From Candidatus Saccharimonadota bacterium (GTDB lineage: Bacteria > Patescibacteriota > Gracilibacteria > BD1-5 > UBA6164), in NCBI GenBank assembly GCA_965227835.1, contig OZ245768.1, positions 1,457,122 to 1,489,121 on the forward strand: DNA of 32,000 nt, written 5' to 3'. Positions 31,662 through 32,000 of this stretch are shown piece after piece. The stretch's first letter is position 1. Every line of letters starts with the position of its first letter. The notes beneath the pieces were generated by a model. The model ran no database searches and was not told where the DNA came from. It saw only the letters and a list, made by a program, of their open reading frames with translations. The translations under genes were made by a program, and so were the position numbers.

Positions 31662-32000
31662 AAGATTTTGGTGGTATACTTGAAATTCTTGGCCTGTATG
31701 AGAAATAGATGTTTTAAAATATGATTTGTCTGACACTAATGTAAATTTAAATTTTTGATTTTCAAGAATTCCTTCAAATGTAAATCCCGAAAATCTTTTC
31801 ATAAAGTCCTGACATAAATTAAAATTAAATGAAAAAATAGATTTAATTTGGAAATTTGATCAAAATAATACTACAAGTAACAATATACTATGAGTATTAA
31901 GAGATAAAATATCTTGAAGTAGTGCAGGTGCTGTATGGAATCCAATTAATGATACTAATTATAAATGCGGTGGTTGATGTGATTATTTTTGGTATCAAGA
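30871..32000 (+). CDS. paralogous type IV pilin-like protein with FReD-like signature and a different C-terminal region (partial, runs off the window)
   Basis: ATG 30871, translated line by line to the window end with no TAA/TAG. The N-terminal ~263 aa are nearly identical to the upstream gene; after VYCDMITDGGGWT it diverges (RFWWYTGNSWPVGEIDVL...). Confidence 0.8.

Noticed and set aside
1-32000. The supplied six-frame ORF track (standard code) taken as gene models
   Set aside because: Nearly every listed ORF is either a fragment between two TGA codons of a longer table-25 gene (1939..2343, 2509..2763, 3454..3672, 4504..4719, 11032..11313, 11500..11685, 18717..18929, 23755..24021, 25054..25236, 26712..27014, 28387..28578) or an antisense or off-frame artefact.

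Overview
This AT-rich window only makes sense under translation table 25 (TGA = Gly), the code of Gracilibacteria/Absconditabacteria (CPR). In-frame TGA sits on invariant glycines in many conserved motifs, so the standard-code ORF track is fragmented or antisense. I re-phased the window by hand. Housekeeping genes: pyrD, tRNA-Lys(UUU), truB, lepB, yvcK, alaS, recJ, an FKBP lipoprotein, mfd, tsaB. Between pyrD and tRNA-Lys lies a ~6.9 kb accessory stretch. It holds a C-protein/REase/C5-methyltransferase R-M system, a frameshifted RHH remnant, a Pol-beta/RlaP-like nucleotidyltransferase, a CHC2 zinc-finger primase-like gene, and a chimeric truncated sugar transferase sharing a 218-bp duplication with it. 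Most notable are three things. First, a 1933-aa uninterrupted surface protein with PKD-like repeats, one TM helix and a 600-aa charged tail carrying PDWL/GSL motifs. Second, two tandem ~440-aa type-IV-pilin-like genes with a fibrinogen-related-domain signature (VYCDMxTDGGGWT), near-identical up to that motif and unrelated after it. Third, a dispersed hairpin repeat family with compensatory stem changes, GC-rich repeats, a 31-bp x5 tandem array and an IS5-family transposase. All calls are hand translation and motif recognition; no searches were run.
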